Source: Magallana gigas (taxonomy: Eukaryota). Taken from it: a stretch of DNA of 64,000 nt. Where the stretch lies: positions 19,282,001-19,346,000 of the forward strand of contig NC_088854.1 in NCBI RefSeq assembly GCF_963853765.1, read 5' to 3'. Positions 62,203 through 64,000 of the stretch are shown here, piece by piece; position 1 is the stretch's first letter; each line of letters starts with the position of its first letter. The translations under genes were made by a program, and so were the position numbers. A model generated the notes under the pieces. It ran no database searches and had not been told where the DNA came from. It saw only the letters and a list, made by a program, of their open reading frames with translations.

Positions 62203-63293
62203 TATGGTGGCATATTTCTGCCATCCACATATATTTAGTCAACATAGCATATCACGTCAAGTCGAGATAACTATCTTGTCAAGTCAAGATAACTTTCTTG
62301 TTTCTCAACAAACTCTAACTTCTTTTTTGGTCTAGTCTACATAAGGTATTATATTTTGTTGTGATAACTTTTTCGACAAGATGAAATAATTTATCTTGTA
62401 TCTTGAATAAAATTTGTTGGATTTGCAAATGCAGAACGAGATAATGGATGTATATCAATAAATTGTATAATTGTATTTCGGGACTCATTACTAAATATTC
62501 CCTTACGTTTATAGAAAGGCATTTGTACCGAATTACCCGTCAATTGGTGTCTGGTTAATTATCTTAAGTTGCATATTCATATCTGAATCTATAATTAAGA
62601 TGAATATATAAATATACTGACTTATAGAGCTTCAGACACCTTAAATAAAAGACAGATAACGCAAGGCTGATATTGAATTACATGTTATTTAAATTAACTC
62701 ATACGATTAGAGATTAAAATGATACATTAAAAAAAACAATATCAAGAATACGTTTTAATACGTTTAATAAGTACAGAAAACAAAATAAATATATAAAGAT
62801 AAAGTAGAAATCACCAAAATACAAATATAACCAACGGTAAACACATGTTTATTTTAATTCTTATCACACCACTTTTAATTTCATGTTGTTTAAAGAATTT
62901 AAAGAGTTCAACTTTATGAATATGAGAAAATGACGTACAGAGTGTATTAATAGGGAAAATAAAAATCAGCATATTTATATATTTTGAAGACAACCTTATA
63001 ATTTTCATCAATAATCCTCGATGCATATCAAAAAAGTCCTTGGTAATGAGTTCCAAAATTCTATTATCAAGTATCTATTCTTAACTTATCTTGTTTTGTG
63101 AACGGCAGTATTTGCAAATGCTAGGAATTTTAGTCAAGATACAAATTAAATTATCGAGATAGATATCCCAAAAAAGTCGGTTTCGATTAAAAATCTAGAA
63201 ATTTATCTCGACTTGATGAGATAGTTAACTTGACTTTACGTGATATGCTATGTTGACCAAAAATTATGTGGAGGGCAGAAATATGCCACCATA
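62203..63293. mobile_element. Non-autonomous IS3EU-like DNA transposon with long TIRs
   Basis: TATGGTGGCATATTTCTGCC...GGCAGAAATATGCCACCATA (20 bp perfect, ~90 bp clearly similar, traces to ~240 bp). Flanked by direct repeat CATTCA (62197-62202, 63294-63299). TAY..RTA termini with a 6-bp TSD is the recalled IS3EU signature. Confidence 0.75.
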
Positions 63294-63346
63294 CATTCAT
63301 GATCAGCATATACAACATTACAACAAAAGTTTAAAAATGTCGATGC

Positions 63347-63560
63347 ATACTGTACATTTGTAAACCAACTGTTACTCGGGTGCGAGAAATTATAGTGTAG
63401 TTCGCGATAGCCTCGGCAAAGTGAATATTTCTCGCCACGAGCCAGTCCTTGCCAACTGTTTTTATATCAACACTTATGTTGATAACGCGAAAATTTATCA
63501 TCACGAAAATCTATCACCGCGAACCAGTTCATCTCAGGTATTTCGCGAAAAAATTGTTTA
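63347..63560. mobile_element. Fragment of an interspersed MITE-like repeat
   Basis: Starts TACTGTA, CpG-rich with repeated CGCGA/TCGCG motifs against an AT-rich background. Second terminus not found. Confidence 0.35.
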
Positions 63561-64000
63561 TACATGTAGTATGTAATACTTAGAAAAAAAACCCAACAAA
63601 ATATACGTAAAATTATTTTTGAAAATCACCTTTCCCTAAGAAATGTAAATGAAAATTGAGAAATATACATTATCCTACACTATGTCCTCCTCTGTCTTTT
63701 TAACGAAAATATAGATCATGCTTTAATTAATAAACAATTTTTTCACTAGTGAAAATTGCTTATATCATTATGATACATAAATTATATAATTTACAAGTCA
63801 TACTATTTAAAATCCTTTTTTTATTGAATGTTGCTTCAAAAATGTCAAATATTAATAAAAAGATACACTCTTTATACATATATATGTACATGTAAAAATA
63901 AACCTTCAAAACACCCTTTCTTATGATTTTTATCACATCTGACATGTATATTTTTAAACTGATTTAAGAACATTTGAATGCATCAGATTTTCAACAAATA

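Overview
Eukaryotic, strongly AT-rich, intron-dense DNA, most likely a cupped oyster (Crassostrea/Magallana-type), judged from a Helentron-like element carrying a ~166-bp satellite and TTAA-flanked MITEs. Manual GT-AG exon chaining gives eight genes in this order: a 5'-truncated DUF4347-like gene (+); PSMD5 (-) head-to-head with a ~35-exon CCDC180 (+); an alpha-arrestin gene nested antisense in a 5-kb CCDC180 intron; an intronless SUGT1 (+); HSD17B8 (+); CFAP157 (-) head-to-head with PIGC (+). The PIGC 3' end is duplicated as an apparently identical 1376-bp tandem repeat. Introns and intergenic DNA hold many non-autonomous elements (Kolobok-like, Helentron-like, Crypton-like, and an IS3EU-like element with a 6-bp TSD), tRNA-derived relics and minisatellites. 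The most notable points are the nested arrestin lacking PPxY motifs, the likely SUGT1 retrogene, the stand-alone DUF4347-like protein, two ciliary/housekeeping bidirectional pairs, an orphan coding-like terminal exon, and possible proto-MHC synteny. All homology calls are by recall and eye, with no database search. Exon boundaries are hand-derived and may be off by a few bases.
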